From the human T2T-CHM13v2.0 reference genome, Homo sapiens: a stretch of DNA of 64,000 nucleotides. Each line of letters opens with the position of its first letter. Within the stretch, counting starts at the first letter, position 1. Both the position numbers and the translations under genes were made by a program. The notes beneath the pieces are model-generated. The model saw only the letters and a program-made list of their open reading frames with translations, was not told where the DNA came from and searched no databases. The stretch lies in assembly GCF_009914755.1 (NCBI RefSeq), contig NC_060930.1. One strand, 5' to 3'. Below are positions 27,454 through 40,962 of this stretch, one piece after another.

Positions 27454-28259
27454 CAAAAACGCAAACTGAGGAATTCACTTGAACCTAATTTCAAATCCGA
27501 AGGTTCATCTCCACCCCTTCTAATATTGGACCGGTACTGAAATGGTTTCGTGGTATAATTGACGAAGCCTCAGGGTATGTAGTGGGCAACTCAGGGGGCT
27601 TCCCTGGACTTGAAGCCAGAGTAGGAAATTCCAGCTAGGAGCAATCTCCATGGGCCCAGTGGGGCTTCATGACATGGTGCTCAGGGATCATATTCTGATT
27701 CGCAACTATTGGTGTGATGGGCAGTGGAATGGACACGCATTGGATACGTAGTGGAATGGATCTAGAAAGATCTCCAGGACACATCATCAGTGGAAGAAAG
27801 CAAGGGGAAGAACAGTGACTATGTTATGCTACCTTTCAGGTGAGCAAAGAGAAGAACAATATATAGCCAAAGTTTATAGGCATTGTATAAAGAAACTCTA
27901 AAAAGCCATCCAAAAAATAGCCCTCTCTCCTCCTCCTCCCTTCGTGACTGTGTCTGTGACTGTATGAGTGTGTGTATCTGTGTGAGTGTGTGAGTGTGTA
28001 CAGATGGAACTGTGGTGAAATGTGGCAGGGGAGGAATGAGTCCTCTCAAAGCATGCCTTGTTATATTGTTTTTATTTCAAGTCATATAAATTAAAATTTT
28101 TCTTCAAATATTTTAAGTGATGTGTTCAGTGAAAAACAGAAGCAAAAAGGAAAGCAACACCCTCCATTGGCACGGCTTATGCAGGATATAAATGGAATTC
28201 ATGTAGAATTAACCTTGGCATTAAAATGTCTCAGACCTAGGCTTTCCCTAAGTTCAATA

Positions 28260-28975
28260 TAGGTCCAGTTACAATGTAGGCTTTGCCTCTTGTTAGCTGT
28301 GTGACTTTGGTTAAGTCACATAACCGTTGTGGGGTTAAGTGATAGTTCAGCTTCAGTATCTTTAAAGTGGATAAAACGACACTAACTCCCAGTGTTGTTT
28401 CAAGGGTTAAATGTTCTTTTGTTTCCAACATTTTTGTGTGAGTGCTTTTTATGAATCCCCTAGAGAGTGCAAAATACGTCAGTCATTTGGTTCCCAGGGT
28501 TAAATGAGGTTAAATGGAGAAATGTCCCTGATACAGTTTGGATGTCTGTTCCCCCAGATCTCATGAGGAAATGTGATCCCCAGTGTTGAAGGTGGGGCCT
28601 AATGGGAAGTGTTTGGGTCATGGGGACAGATCCCGCATGAACAGCTTGGTGCTGTCCCTGTGGTGGTAAGTGAGTTCTCGTTCTGTTAGTTCACGTGAGA
28701 TCTGATTGTTAAAAGGAGCCTGGCACCTTCCTCCCCTTCCCTCTTTCTCCCTCTCTCACTATGCGATGCACCAGTCCCCCTTCCTCTTCCGCCGTGAGCG
28801 GAAGCTTCCTGAGGTCTCACCAGAAGCGGATGCTGGTGCCAGGCTTCTTGTACAGCCTCCAGAACCATGAGCCAAATAAACCTCTTACCCAGTCGTGGGT
28901 ATTCCTTTCGTAGCAACACAAAATGGACTAAGACAATCGCTAAAGTGTCCAGCCCATGGTACGAGCTCAATACAT
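28260..28975 (+). mobile_element. MIR SINE interrupted twice (82-bp insertion and an MST LTR)
   Basis: tagctgtgtgactttggttaagtcac...cttcagtatctttaaagtgg...gggttaaatgagg; the 3' part taaagtgtccagcccatggtacgagctcaata follows the LTR. Confidence 0.6.
28529..28935 (+). mobile_element. MST-family (MSTA/MSTB-like) MaLR solo LTR
   Basis: tgatacagtttggatgtctgttccccc ... cagaaccatgagccaaataaacctctt ... aaatggactaagaca. Confidence 0.85.
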
Positions 28976-29897
28976 GAAGATACAGACTCAGAGAATGTTC
29001 ATACCCTGATGCAATGTCCAGTTCTGCCACCGGGTGAGTACAATGTGAGCACTCAGCATGTATCCGTGAGTCACTCATAGCTTTCCCAAATAAGTAAGAT
29101 ACTTTAATTTCACCATTTTTTTTTAACCAGACATTTTTAATGCAATTTATGATTTACTTGCTGGGCTAGTTAACTATAGAACATCGAGTGTCTTATTAGG
29201 TAAGGCTCTGTCATTCTCTTTGGTCACACAGAGAATAGGAAGAAGTAGGATTTGAATCCAGGGCTGTCTCATGCCATAGCTTATGATTCTTCTTCCGTGT
29301 GCCACCTCCATCCACTTCAGCATGAAATAGTTTCAGCCCGAACTCCGCTCAGTCAACTCTGCGGGGACTGTTATTAATTTCCCCATAAGTTTGGAACTCA
29401 TCCCATGGTCTCCACTCCAGTCCTCTCCATGGTTTTCTTTCAATGAAAAAGAAATAGCCTTCAGCTTTGGGCTGCTCATCACCTTTCTTCTGGTACATTT
29501 CTCTCAAATTCTTATGGCAAATGTTTTGATGGATTCTATTACTCTCCCTGCCTAACATCTGGTCTCCCTGCCTTCAGCCTGGCTCTCCTCCAGTTCCTTT
29601 TCCTTTATAAAGCAGACTGGCCTCTGGAAATGGCAACTCTGGTCATGCCCCTCCCTTGCTCAAAACCCTGCAATGACTCTCTCTGCTCTTGGAGGCAGGT
29701 CCAAACTTGATGATGGGTTGGTAGGATGGTGATAGGATGTTCATGGGGCTTCCAGCCTCCTCTCCCACACCTGCAGACTCCCCAGTGCACAGAATGCTCT
29801 CAGTCCCTTGAATGTGCTGGTACTTCTTGCCTCCAAGGCATTCACACAAGCTCTTACCAGGTGCTTCTGTTCCACCCACACCCCATTTCTATCTGGC

Positions 29898-30192
29898 ATG
29901 AAGGTTAATTTCATGTGTTAACTTGACTGAGCCACGGGATGCCCAGATATTTCATCAAACTTTATTCTGGGTAGGTACATGAGGGTGCTTCTGGAGAGAC
30001 TAATATTTGACTCTGTAGATTGAGTAAAGTGGTTGGCATCCCTGGTGGGGGCCACTGCTCTCCTGCTTCTCAAGCCTCCAGACTTGGACTGGAACCTACA
30101 ACACCAGCTTTCCTGGCTTTCCAGCTCACTGACTGCAGATCTTGGGACTCATCAGTGCCTGTGGTCACGTAAGCCAATTCCTTACAGTAATA

Positions 30193-30239
<47 letters not shown>

Positions 30240-30321
30240 CCCCCCCCATCAGTGCCTGTGGTCACATAAGCCAATTCCTTACAGTAATATTCTCTCTCTC
30301 TTTCTTTCTCTCTCTCTCTCT

Positions 30322-30370
<49 letters not shown>

Positions 30371-30706
30371 CAGGCATCACATAACCACATTTGAGTCACT
30401 GATGAGCCACATATACAACAGTGACCTCATAAGTTTATGATACCATATTTTTACTGTACATTTTCTGTATTTCCATATCCTAGTTGCCTACAGATTCAGT
30501 AAAGTCACATGCCGTCCAAGTTTGTAACCTAAGAGCAACAGGCCATACCATAGACCCTGTGTGTGTAGTGGGCTGTGCCATCCAGCCGTGTGTCAGCATA
30601 CTCTGTGATGTTCTTAGACAACAAAATCGCCTGATAACACATTTCTCAGAATGCATCTTCATCATTAAGTGATGTGTGACTGTACATGTGCCCATGCGCA
30701 CGCATG

Positions 30707-30745
<39 letters not shown>

Positions 30746-30783
30746 CATCGGTTCTGTTTCTCTGGAGAGTCCTGACTAATTCA
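29898..30783 (+). mobile_element. MLT2 (ERVL) LTR with an internal duplication, CT/CA microsatellite and nested Tigger3
   Basis: ggttaatttcatgtgttaacttgactgagccacgggatgcccagata ... ggttctgtttctctggagagtcctgactaattca. Possible TSD ctggc at 29893-29897 and 30784-30788. Confidence 0.75.
30367..30682 (+). mobile_element. Tigger3a/MER7-like TcMar-Tigger element
   Basis: agtcaggcatcacataac...gccacatatacaacagtg...cataag; end acatttctcagaatgcatc...ttaagtgatgtgtgactg|TA. Confidence 0.75.
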
Positions 30784-32367
30784 CTGGCCAACTCCTGCTG
30801 GTGCCTCAGTGCAGATGTCCTCAGGAGACCTTCTTGGAGCCTCCAAGCCTGTTCCTCCCAGGTGGCCATGCCTTCGCCTCTCAGCTCAGCAGGCACCACT
30901 CAGCCCTGAGGCAGCCTGGCCGCGTGTCCTGTGTCCCCATCAGATAATAAACTCTGAGTGGGTGGAAGTGCTGGTCCTGTTAACCATTTCATCTTACGCT
31001 TTTCACCCAAGCACTCGGTACATCCTTGTGGAATTGATGAACTGTGTTAGACCCTTGACACTTTCTGGATGTGCACTGAATGAACTGATAAGCAGGCAGC
31101 TTATGTCACCCCTTGAATTCCTTACCATGAATCATCTCTTGAGTAGGCCCCTATCTCTTTGTCATTTTAAGTTAAAACATTTGATTTTTAAAAGTACCTA
31201 ATTAGTCACAGGGTTAATCCTCAAATATAGACCTGGTTCCTGGGCCGGTGAGTGCAGGGAGGCCATGTAGCGTGACAGGGAGGGTGGGGACGCCACAGGA
31301 AGGCGTGGGCTTATACCTTGCTCAGCCTCTCTGCTCTATCCACACCTAAGGGGAGCGCTGATAAGTCCTATCCTCCATGGTGAGATTATAAAGGAGCCTG
31401 AGGCTGGGATCAAGCGTGCTAAATTCTCACTGTGTTCAGATCAGCAGATCAGATGAGAGGGGTGGGTGAAGCAGGAGGAGCTGCAGGGTTTCCCACGTCT
31501 TCAGCATCACACATCGGGCCCTCCAGCCTCTGCCCTACCATCGTCATCATTTGGTCACTACCGGGACTTGCTTGTTCTGGCAGCGCTGGGCTCTCAGCCT
31601 CTGGGACTCTGGCCCAGGAAGCCTGTCTGTCCACATTGGGCCCATTTTACTCCCACAGTCACAGAATTCCAGGCCCCCTCTCTCCTGCTGGTCTTCGTGC
31701 CTGTCCTGTGGCTAAAGCCTACTGGTTAAAAATATCAAGAGAAGAGTTTCTCCTCAAACCCTCAGTCAGAAAGCATTTTCTCGGCAGTAACGCATGCTGT
31801 ACACAGACATGCCCTGCTAACCTTAGACAGCAGGTTTTATGTGTAGGGAGAAAATGTGTATTTAGAAATTACTTATGCATTTTAAATCATATTGTATCCA
31901 CCTTTCCCTTCTTTCCTAATGGAATAAACACTCTTACACTAGGGAATACATTAGGGAAAGTATTGTCTAATACAACCAGGAGAAGCGGAATACTGCACTT
32001 TATTTCCAAATTCTGACTAAATCCGCAGTGTCTGTACGGCAGAGATAATCCTACATCATTTTTAGATTTTGCAGAAAACTGTCCCTCCCTTATTTTTTAA
32101 CATCAAAGAGAGGATAGAATCAGTCTGGATAACCATTAACAGCTTAAAAGATATATCAGTGCTAGGTGTCACATTTTAATTTAAAAAAAATCATGATGTC
32201 CTCCAATTTGTTTGAAACATTGAATCTATGAATCCATTTCCTGGATGTAGTGATTTGGGTTTCACTCTGGATGCTGTGCAATGTTTATATCAGATACTCA
32301 TCTGCATTGTTTCAGATGAATAGGATGTGAAATCATTAGTTGAGTGAAACATTTAAAAGTGCACTGA

Positions 32368-32759
<392 letters not shown>

Positions 32760-35347
32760 TTAAAACCTACAACTATTGTTTAAGAGCTGTTTAGTAATTG
32801 GTGTTGAGAACCTGATTTACTTGAACGATGTTCCCCAATCTGAAAGAACAGTACTGTGCTTCCCATATCTTGGCACCAGTTACATTCATCTCCGGGTTCA
32901 TTTGTTTTCTGGGGCCAATTCATTTCAGGCAAAAAGGTCATAATCTAACTCATTCACGGGGCCTTCCTGAAACAGTTCTCAGGCTTCAAATAGTACCTGG
33001 TGTTCCCATAAATGCTCATACACAGTTTTAGAAGTTTTTTTTCCAGTTAATATGCAATGATAGGAAATCAACTTATTTTCTTTTTATAAAATTTATTCTG
33101 GATTTCATCATGTCTACTTTGAAGTAAATATTTTACTTTTAATGGGTACAAGTTGAAACATCTCACAAAACCACTCAACACTTATGTGCAAAAATGTTAG
33201 CTAATATATAATTCAAGGGACTGTAAGTGTAACATAATTTGGCATTGGTTCTATACCAAGCTTCCTTTCTTTGGGGGCCGTGCACACCTATATCTCATCA
33301 TAAGTTAATTAGATGCAGAGACAAATTTACAAAATCAAAGACAGAGAATCCTTTATTTTGTTTAACATCACCCTCAGCCTTATAATTAAACAATTCTCAG
33401 GCCATTATGCACCACGTTTAACTGCAGTGGCCACAGGCACGGGACCATGAGAGAGGGCAGCCTGCCTCAATTAGCACTGCTGTAACTGAAGTGGGCTGCG
33501 GGCACAGCCAGCAACAGTGAGACAAGGACGAACCATTTGGCATGGGGCAGAGCAGCGGTCAGATGCACAAGCATGGCGTGGAATCCTGCAGGGCTAGCGT
33601 TTGCATTCACTGCTCCTCAACTCTGAGTCCCTAAGTGTCTTATCACAGCCACAGGTGGGGCAGGAGAGCAGCGGGCGGCGTCGGGAGACCGGGACTCCCC
33701 CCATCTCTCTGCTACCTGAGCTGAGCTGCTTACCACAGTGGACGCTGCTGCCTCGTTTATAAAGAAGGCAGATATCACATGCCATGCTCTCTTAAATTCC
33801 TGTCCAGCTGTAAGCTCCTATGTGTCAAAAAAATTCACCCAGTAGCTTTTGTTTTATTTTTAAATTATCTGGGACAGAGGATAGATGAGAAGGGAATGTT
33901 GATGGTAAAGAGAAAATGCAAAATTAGAACAAAATCAGGCTCCCAAACGAAACAGAAACAAAAAACAAAAGCAACTGATCAAGAGTGTTACCTCCCTAAA
34001 AACAGGATAGTAACAAGTTTTCAGCTTCCTCATGTCTTCCGTAGCCTTCAATTCAGGCCATTACAGGATTTCTCCTCTCTCCCGCCCCAGGAATAAGTCT
34101 CTTATGTGAAAATGAAGTCAATGGAAAATTACATTTATTTTATAGCCACATTTCTCTAACACATTTCCCCCGGAAGTAAACAATTTTCTATATAGAGACA
34201 TAAGACTTATTTTCCCTAAGACAAACAATATGCATAATATTAACAGTGAGTAAATTAGAGACCAACTTCCAGCATGGCAGTGTAAGGAGCTCCTTGAAGT
34301 TGCTCCCCAGTGAGCCTGGTGAAAACTACCAAAAAAAAAAAAAAGAAAGAAAAGCAAAAACCAAAAACAAAAAAACATATAGCCTCTGGAAATGGTAGAA
34401 GGAGCAAACAGCAAATGACAAAATCTCTTTTCAAGACAATCTATCAAAATCTGGTAGGAATGGTGAGAGTCAGTGCTATTTGAGCTAAGAATGCACCTCT
34501 GTTCCCTTCTCCCAGCTCAGGGAGGTGGGGAGTCCATGCCAAAGACTGCAGCCAAGAACACAGGGCCCTCCCCAGCACCCAGCTGGAGGACTTTCCTCCT
34601 TGGGAGGGGCAGGACTTCAGGGCTTCTCATCTTGTCCCCTAACCCCTCATGCCCTGCCGCCTGTTGCTGAGGCTAAGTACCAGATGAGTGTGGTGAAAAA
34701 GTTGGGAGTGGGGGAGAGGTGCAGGCTGTAAAACAGATAGCTCCTGTATCTTCGCAGAGGAACTGACTTGATGTGCAACACAGTCTGGAGGAGGTTAAAC
34801 CTGAGGGCACTCTCAAGAACAGTGGAGTTGTGGTGAAAGGCAACTGGGCAGAGATTTGTGCATCTACTGTAAAGACAGCCTAGATGGTAGGCTCGCTAGT
34901 GCACAAGGGAGAATCGGGGAATGAGACATCTGGCAGGAGTCCTCTTGAGGTCAGAAAAAATATCGAACGTTGACCTTAGAAACTGTTCCTTCCAAGGAGC
35001 CAGAATTTGATGTTTGTAATGCAATTTATGCTCCAGGGCACTGTTGAAAACACCCAGGGCAATCAGCCAGCAAGGCAGTTAGTGGGGTTGAACCTCTGTG
35101 TGAAGTCAAGAAAAGAGAGGAAGAGAGTCCCACCAGTACTAATGTCACCCCAGGGTAACTGGCCACACCCAAAGCTATGCCTCTCAAGCAGCAACATCAG
35201 AGACATGACACTGTGTGTTGGTGTTGGGGAGGGGGAAGGAAGATGGATGTCACTAAAATAATCCAGCCAGTAACTAAGTGAATAAACAAAGCAATAAGAA
35301 GCCCCGGGGAGAAGAAGACCAGTATCCAGAGCTGCTACAATATATTA

Positions 35348-35709
35348 CAGTGGTCCTTTTTTATCCCAGGTTTTACTTTTCACAGTTTTGTTTACTTATG
35401 GTCAACCTCATTCTGAAAATACCGAATGAAAAATCCCAGGAATAAATGAATCGTAAATTTTAAATCTCACACCATTCTGACTAGTGTGATGAAATCTTGA
35501 ACCATCCTGCTCTGTCCTGCCCAGGATGTGAATCACCCCTTTGTCCAGCATATCGATGGACACTACCTGCCCATTAGTTGCTTAGTAGCCCCTCTCTGTT
35601 GTCAGATTTAAAAAACATAGTATATGTAGGGTTTGGTACAATCTGTAGTTTTAGGGATCCACTGGGGGGGTCTTGGAATGTGTCCCCTACAAGAAATGGG
35701 GGACTACTC
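35348..35709 (+). mobile_element. MER44-like (Tigger7 family) element nested in the L1
   Basis: TA|cagtggtcctttttatcc...ggtcaacc...ggatgtgaatcaccccttt...ggggtcttggaatg...gggggactactc|TA. Confidence 0.75.
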
Positions 35710-37654
35710 TATCTGAAATGTTCAGTTTCAAGTGAACAACTATGAGATATGTAAGGAAACAGGAAAGTATGACCCATATACTGGGGAGAAAAAGGCAAAA
35801 AACAAAACGGCAACAGAAAATTGCATGTGAGAATGACCAAATGTCAGATTTAACATATTTCAAACTAGTCGTTGTAAATATGTTCACACAACTAAACGAA
35901 ACCATGATTAAAGAAGTAAAAAAGGTAATGTTGCATCAAGTAGAGAATATCAATAAAGAAAGATAAACTATGAAAAAGAGCCAAGAGGAAATTATTCAAG
36001 TACAAAGCACAATAACTAAAATAAAAAATTCAGCAGAAGGACTCATCAGTAAATATAAACTGGCAGAGGAAAGAATGCTCAAACCTGATTGATAGAGATG
36101 ATGCTAGCTGAAGAACAGAGAGAAGAATAGAAAAAAGAAAAATGAACAGAGCCTCAGAGGAAAGAGAGGTGCCATTAAACATACCCAAATACATATCATG
36201 GAAGTACCAGAAATGAGGAAAAAAGTATTCAAATAAATAATGGCTGAAACTTCCCAAATTTACTGAAAAATGGTAACCATCCAGGAAGCTTAATGAACCC
36301 CAAGTAGAATAAACTGAAAGAGAATCAGGAAAAGACATGCCATAGAAAAATGCTGAAAGTCAAAGACAAGGGAACATTTTAAAAGGAGAGGAGAAAAATG
36401 ATGCATCAAGAAAAGGAACAGCTGACTTCCCAGCAGAAACAATGGAGGCCAGAAAGCCAAGTGGGATGACATATACAAAGTGTTGAAAGAAAAGGAAAGC
36501 TGTTAACGTCTAGCAAAGCTGTAATAAAAAACTAAAGGCAAAATAAATACCTTTTCAGACAAAGAAAAACATTCCATTTGGTGCTATCTGACCTGTCTTA
36601 TGAGAAATACTAAAGGAAGTTTTTCAAGCTGAAAGGAAAGGCAAGACTGCAATTTGAGTTCATATGAACAAACACAGACCACAACATATATGAAACTTGA
36701 AGACCTTGTGTTAAATGAAACAAGCCAGTTATAAATAGAAAAGTACTATACAAGTTCATTTATATGAGGTTCCTAGAGTAGTCGAATTCATCAAGATAGA
36801 AAGTAGAATGGAGGCTTTCAGGGACTGGGTAGATGGGGCGATTGGAAGTACTTAATGGGTGAGTTTCAGTTTGGGAAATTGAAAAAGCTCTGGAGATGGA
36901 TGATGGTGATGGTTGCACAAAAATATGAAGTACTTAAGGCCACAGAACTGTGCAGTTAAATATAGGTAAAATGGAAAATTTTATACTACGTATATTTAAC
37001 TACAATTTTAAATATCAATTGCAACTACAGGAGAAAAGAAGAAAGAGCATCCCTGGTTTATTCCTGTTACGCCGTCACTGTCCCTCTGACAGTAGTATGA
37101 ATTCCTGCCAACCCCTAGAATGAGCACCTCAGAATGTTATTTTATTCCTCAGGCTTTGGATTTATGAAATCAATACCATGAAGTGAATCTCTCCTTTCTC
37201 TTCAACTTCTCATCTTCCTATTATTAAAACAAATAAACAAGCCATGTTTCCTGAATTTTAAATGCTATAAACATCTCCCATAAACCCTAGGGAGACTATT
37301 CAGTAATAATACTGAATTATACTGAATACTGCTCAAGGCTGCTTGAGTTGAGGCAGTTACAGGAAAAGCAGGACCTCCTTGACTCAGGTTAGCAGTCTCC
37401 TCTGTCTCTACAGAAATACTATGGTAAGCCTTACATTCTAATCCTTTTCCTAGTTATAAAATATGAAAACTGGAATAAATAACCCTAATAAAGGCTAACA
37501 CATAAGAAAAGAACAGGCAACGCAAGCTGGAGTCTTACATAGGGAACACTACTTGTAATCGTAAATGTGAGATGTGGCCTAGTATAGTGGAAAGAGCAAG
37601 GGTTTGAAATCAGACAAATAAAAAAATAGAGCGAAAAAATAATTAATGAAATTA

Positions 37655-38015
<361 letters not shown>

Positions 38016-40764
38016 TCAATTCTAAAGAAAGTAGTAAAGGAGAAGTAGAAGGATAAAAGAGACATGAGATATATAGAAAGCAAAATGTAAAATGGCAAAC
38101 ATAAATTCAACTATGTTAATAATAACATTAAAAGTAAATGGGTTAACAATTCATCAAAAGGCAGAGATTGTCAGACTGAATAAAAAACATGGTCTAACTA
38201 TGTGTTGCATACAAGAGATACACTTTAGATTTAAAGATACAAATAGATTTAAGGTAAAAGGATGAAAAAGATATATCATAGTAAATATTAACCACAGGAA
38301 AGGTGAAGTGGCTGGATTAATATCAGACAAAATAAACTTTAATACAAAAAATGTTAGTAGGGATAAAGAGGGGGCATTTTATAATGATAAGTGGTTAATC
38401 CAACAGAAATATTTGACATTTATAAAGATATGCATTTAACAACAGAGCACCAAAATATAGGAAACAAAATCTAATGAACATAAAAGGAGAAATAGAAAAT
38501 TCAACAAAAATATGCAGGCTTCAATACCCCAATTTTAATAATGAGTAGAAAAATGAGACAGAAGATCAGATCAACAGGGAAATAGAAGACTTGGATAACA
38601 CCGTAAACAAACTGGACCTAACAGATTGCAATAGAACACTCCAACTAATAACAGAGTATACATCCTCAAGAGCACTGGGGACATTCTCCAGGATAGACTA
38701 TATGCTAGGGCATAAAAATAATCCCAATAAATTTAAAAGGAGCAAAATAGTACAAAATATTTTCTCCAGCAACAATGGAATAAAATTGGAAATTACTAAT
38801 GGAAAAATTTGGGAAATCCACAAATATGTGGAAATTAAACACATTCTTAAACAACCAATGGGTCAAAAATCAAAAAGAAAATCAGAAAATACTTTGAGAT
38901 ACATAAAAATGAAGATATAGCATACCAAAACTTATGGGACGCAGCTAAAACAGTGCTTAAAGGGAAATTTACAGCTGTAAATACTTATATTAGTAAAGAA
39001 GAAAGATCTCAAATCAATAACCTAACTTTTCACCTTAAGACACAGGAAGAAGAAGAGCAAACAAAACCTAAATCAAGCAAAAAGAAGGAAATTATAGAGT
39101 GGAAATTAATGAAATAGAGAAAATTAAAAATTAGAGAAAAAATAATGAAACAAAACACTGGTACACAAATGTTTATAGCAGCATATTTATAATAGCTAAA
39201 GGTAGAAGTAACCCAGATGTCCATCAATGGATGAATGGAGAGACAAAATGAAGTACTGATACACACTACAATGTGGATAAACCTTGAAAACATTATGCTC
39301 AGTGAAAGAAACCAGTCACAAGAGACCACATACTGGATGAGCCCATTAATGTGAAAGTCCAGAAGAGGAAAATCTATAAAGACAGAAGATGGTTGTGTAG
39401 GGATGAGAGGAAGGGGATGGGGTAGGGGGCAGGGTAGGGATACAAGGAATGAGAGGTAAAGAGCATGGGGTGTCTTTTCAAAGTAATGAAACAGTTCTAA
39501 ATTGATTGTGGTGATGGTTGCATATATCCATGAATATGTCAAAAACTATTAAATTGCACATTTCACACAGGCGAATTACATGGTGTGTGAATGATATCTC
39601 AATAAATCTTTTTTTCAAAAATGATCTTGTCACTTGGAGGCTTCTGACAGTAGCACCTATGTCGTGCACGCATTTCTTTTTACCGTTTTGCAGGTAATGT
39701 TATATAAAATAAGAGAGTTTGGGGGAAAGGAAATTGAAATGCCATTTATCACCCAATACATTGTGTAATTTGGGGATTGGAGAGAGGTAGTCACATTTGA
39801 ACTAAAGATTTGTTACAGAAGTATTGCACCACAAGGCTACCTTCCATTTCTGAATAGCATTTATGCAATTTACTAGATTCTTCATATCACTAGGCGGTCC
39901 TCCAGAGAAGAAGTTGACACTTAACATTTATGTGACTTTTTGTCTCAGATCTGGGATGAAGTTATCATGCGGGTGATTTTATAGGTACCAATGAGCAAAA
40001 GTAAGCCATTTGAAGTGTTTATTGATGCAGATTGGTTGGCAGCAGTGGTTGGGAAATTGTTGCATATTCAACTAGCTATGTCTGATACGTGCATACCTAT
40101 GATACCTGGATTCCATCAGTGCTGCAATAAAAGGAAAAAGACAGAGATCCTATTTATAATGTTGAACTTTCTTGTGCCTAGTAGGTTACAGCAACTTAGT
40201 TAAATGCCTAGCAAATATAGAACAAGCAGATCAGCTATGCGGTGTCTGACTGTTCTATAAATAGACAAAAGTTATTTTGCTAAAACAAGACTCTGACTTC
40301 AGATGCCTGGCAGCAAATTCCTGGGTAAATAGGAAAGCCTGCCGAAGAGTGACCTGTCCAGGCGACAATTGATAGAAACCATCTGACGGTCTTGGGTGGC
40401 TATGTGCATTACACAAGCATATATGTTTGTCTTCTGACTGTGTGCAGGACAAAAACCCAATGACACAATTTGCCACTGTCACTGTTCTTTATGATTTTTC
40501 AAGAGAATGCTGCACATGCTAGCCACTCAGTAGCACATGCTTGGACCGGGCCATTTTCTTTGATTTAACAACAACTGTTTTATTGAATTTCTAATATGTT
40601 CTGACATTGCACTAGGTGCTAAGGATACAGAAGTGAATAATATGGTTTCTGCCATCAAAAAAGCCACAATCTGGAAGAGGAAGGAGACAAGCAGTTGCAG
40701 AACAGCAAGAGAAGTGAGAACCAGATAGCTTGGTGTCATAAAGTGGGGGATGGTCTACTCTTCA

Positions 40765-40962
40765 TGTATGTGTGTGTGTGTGTGTGTGCATGTATGTTTG
40801 TGTGTGTGTGCATGTAAGTGTGTTTGCATGTGTGCATGTGTGTGTTTGCGCGTGTGTGCATGTGCGTGTGCATGTGTGTATGTTTGCGTGTGTGTATGTT
40901 TGCGTGTGTGTGTGTGCATGTGTGTGTGTGTTTGCATTTGTGTGTGCATGTGGTGAGTGTGT
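40765..40962 (+). repeat. (TG)/(TGCA)-rich low-complexity array within L2 remnants
   Basis: Directly visible. Flanks resemble antisense L2 (tttattgaatttctaatatgttctgacattgcactagg; agggaaggcttc...agacttgagatgagtcttga). Confidence 0.85.

Noticed and set aside
38591-38920. Endonuclease-like ORF
   Set aside because: Decayed L1 ORF2 fragment; the catalytic SDH motif reads SSN and the flanks are frameshifted.
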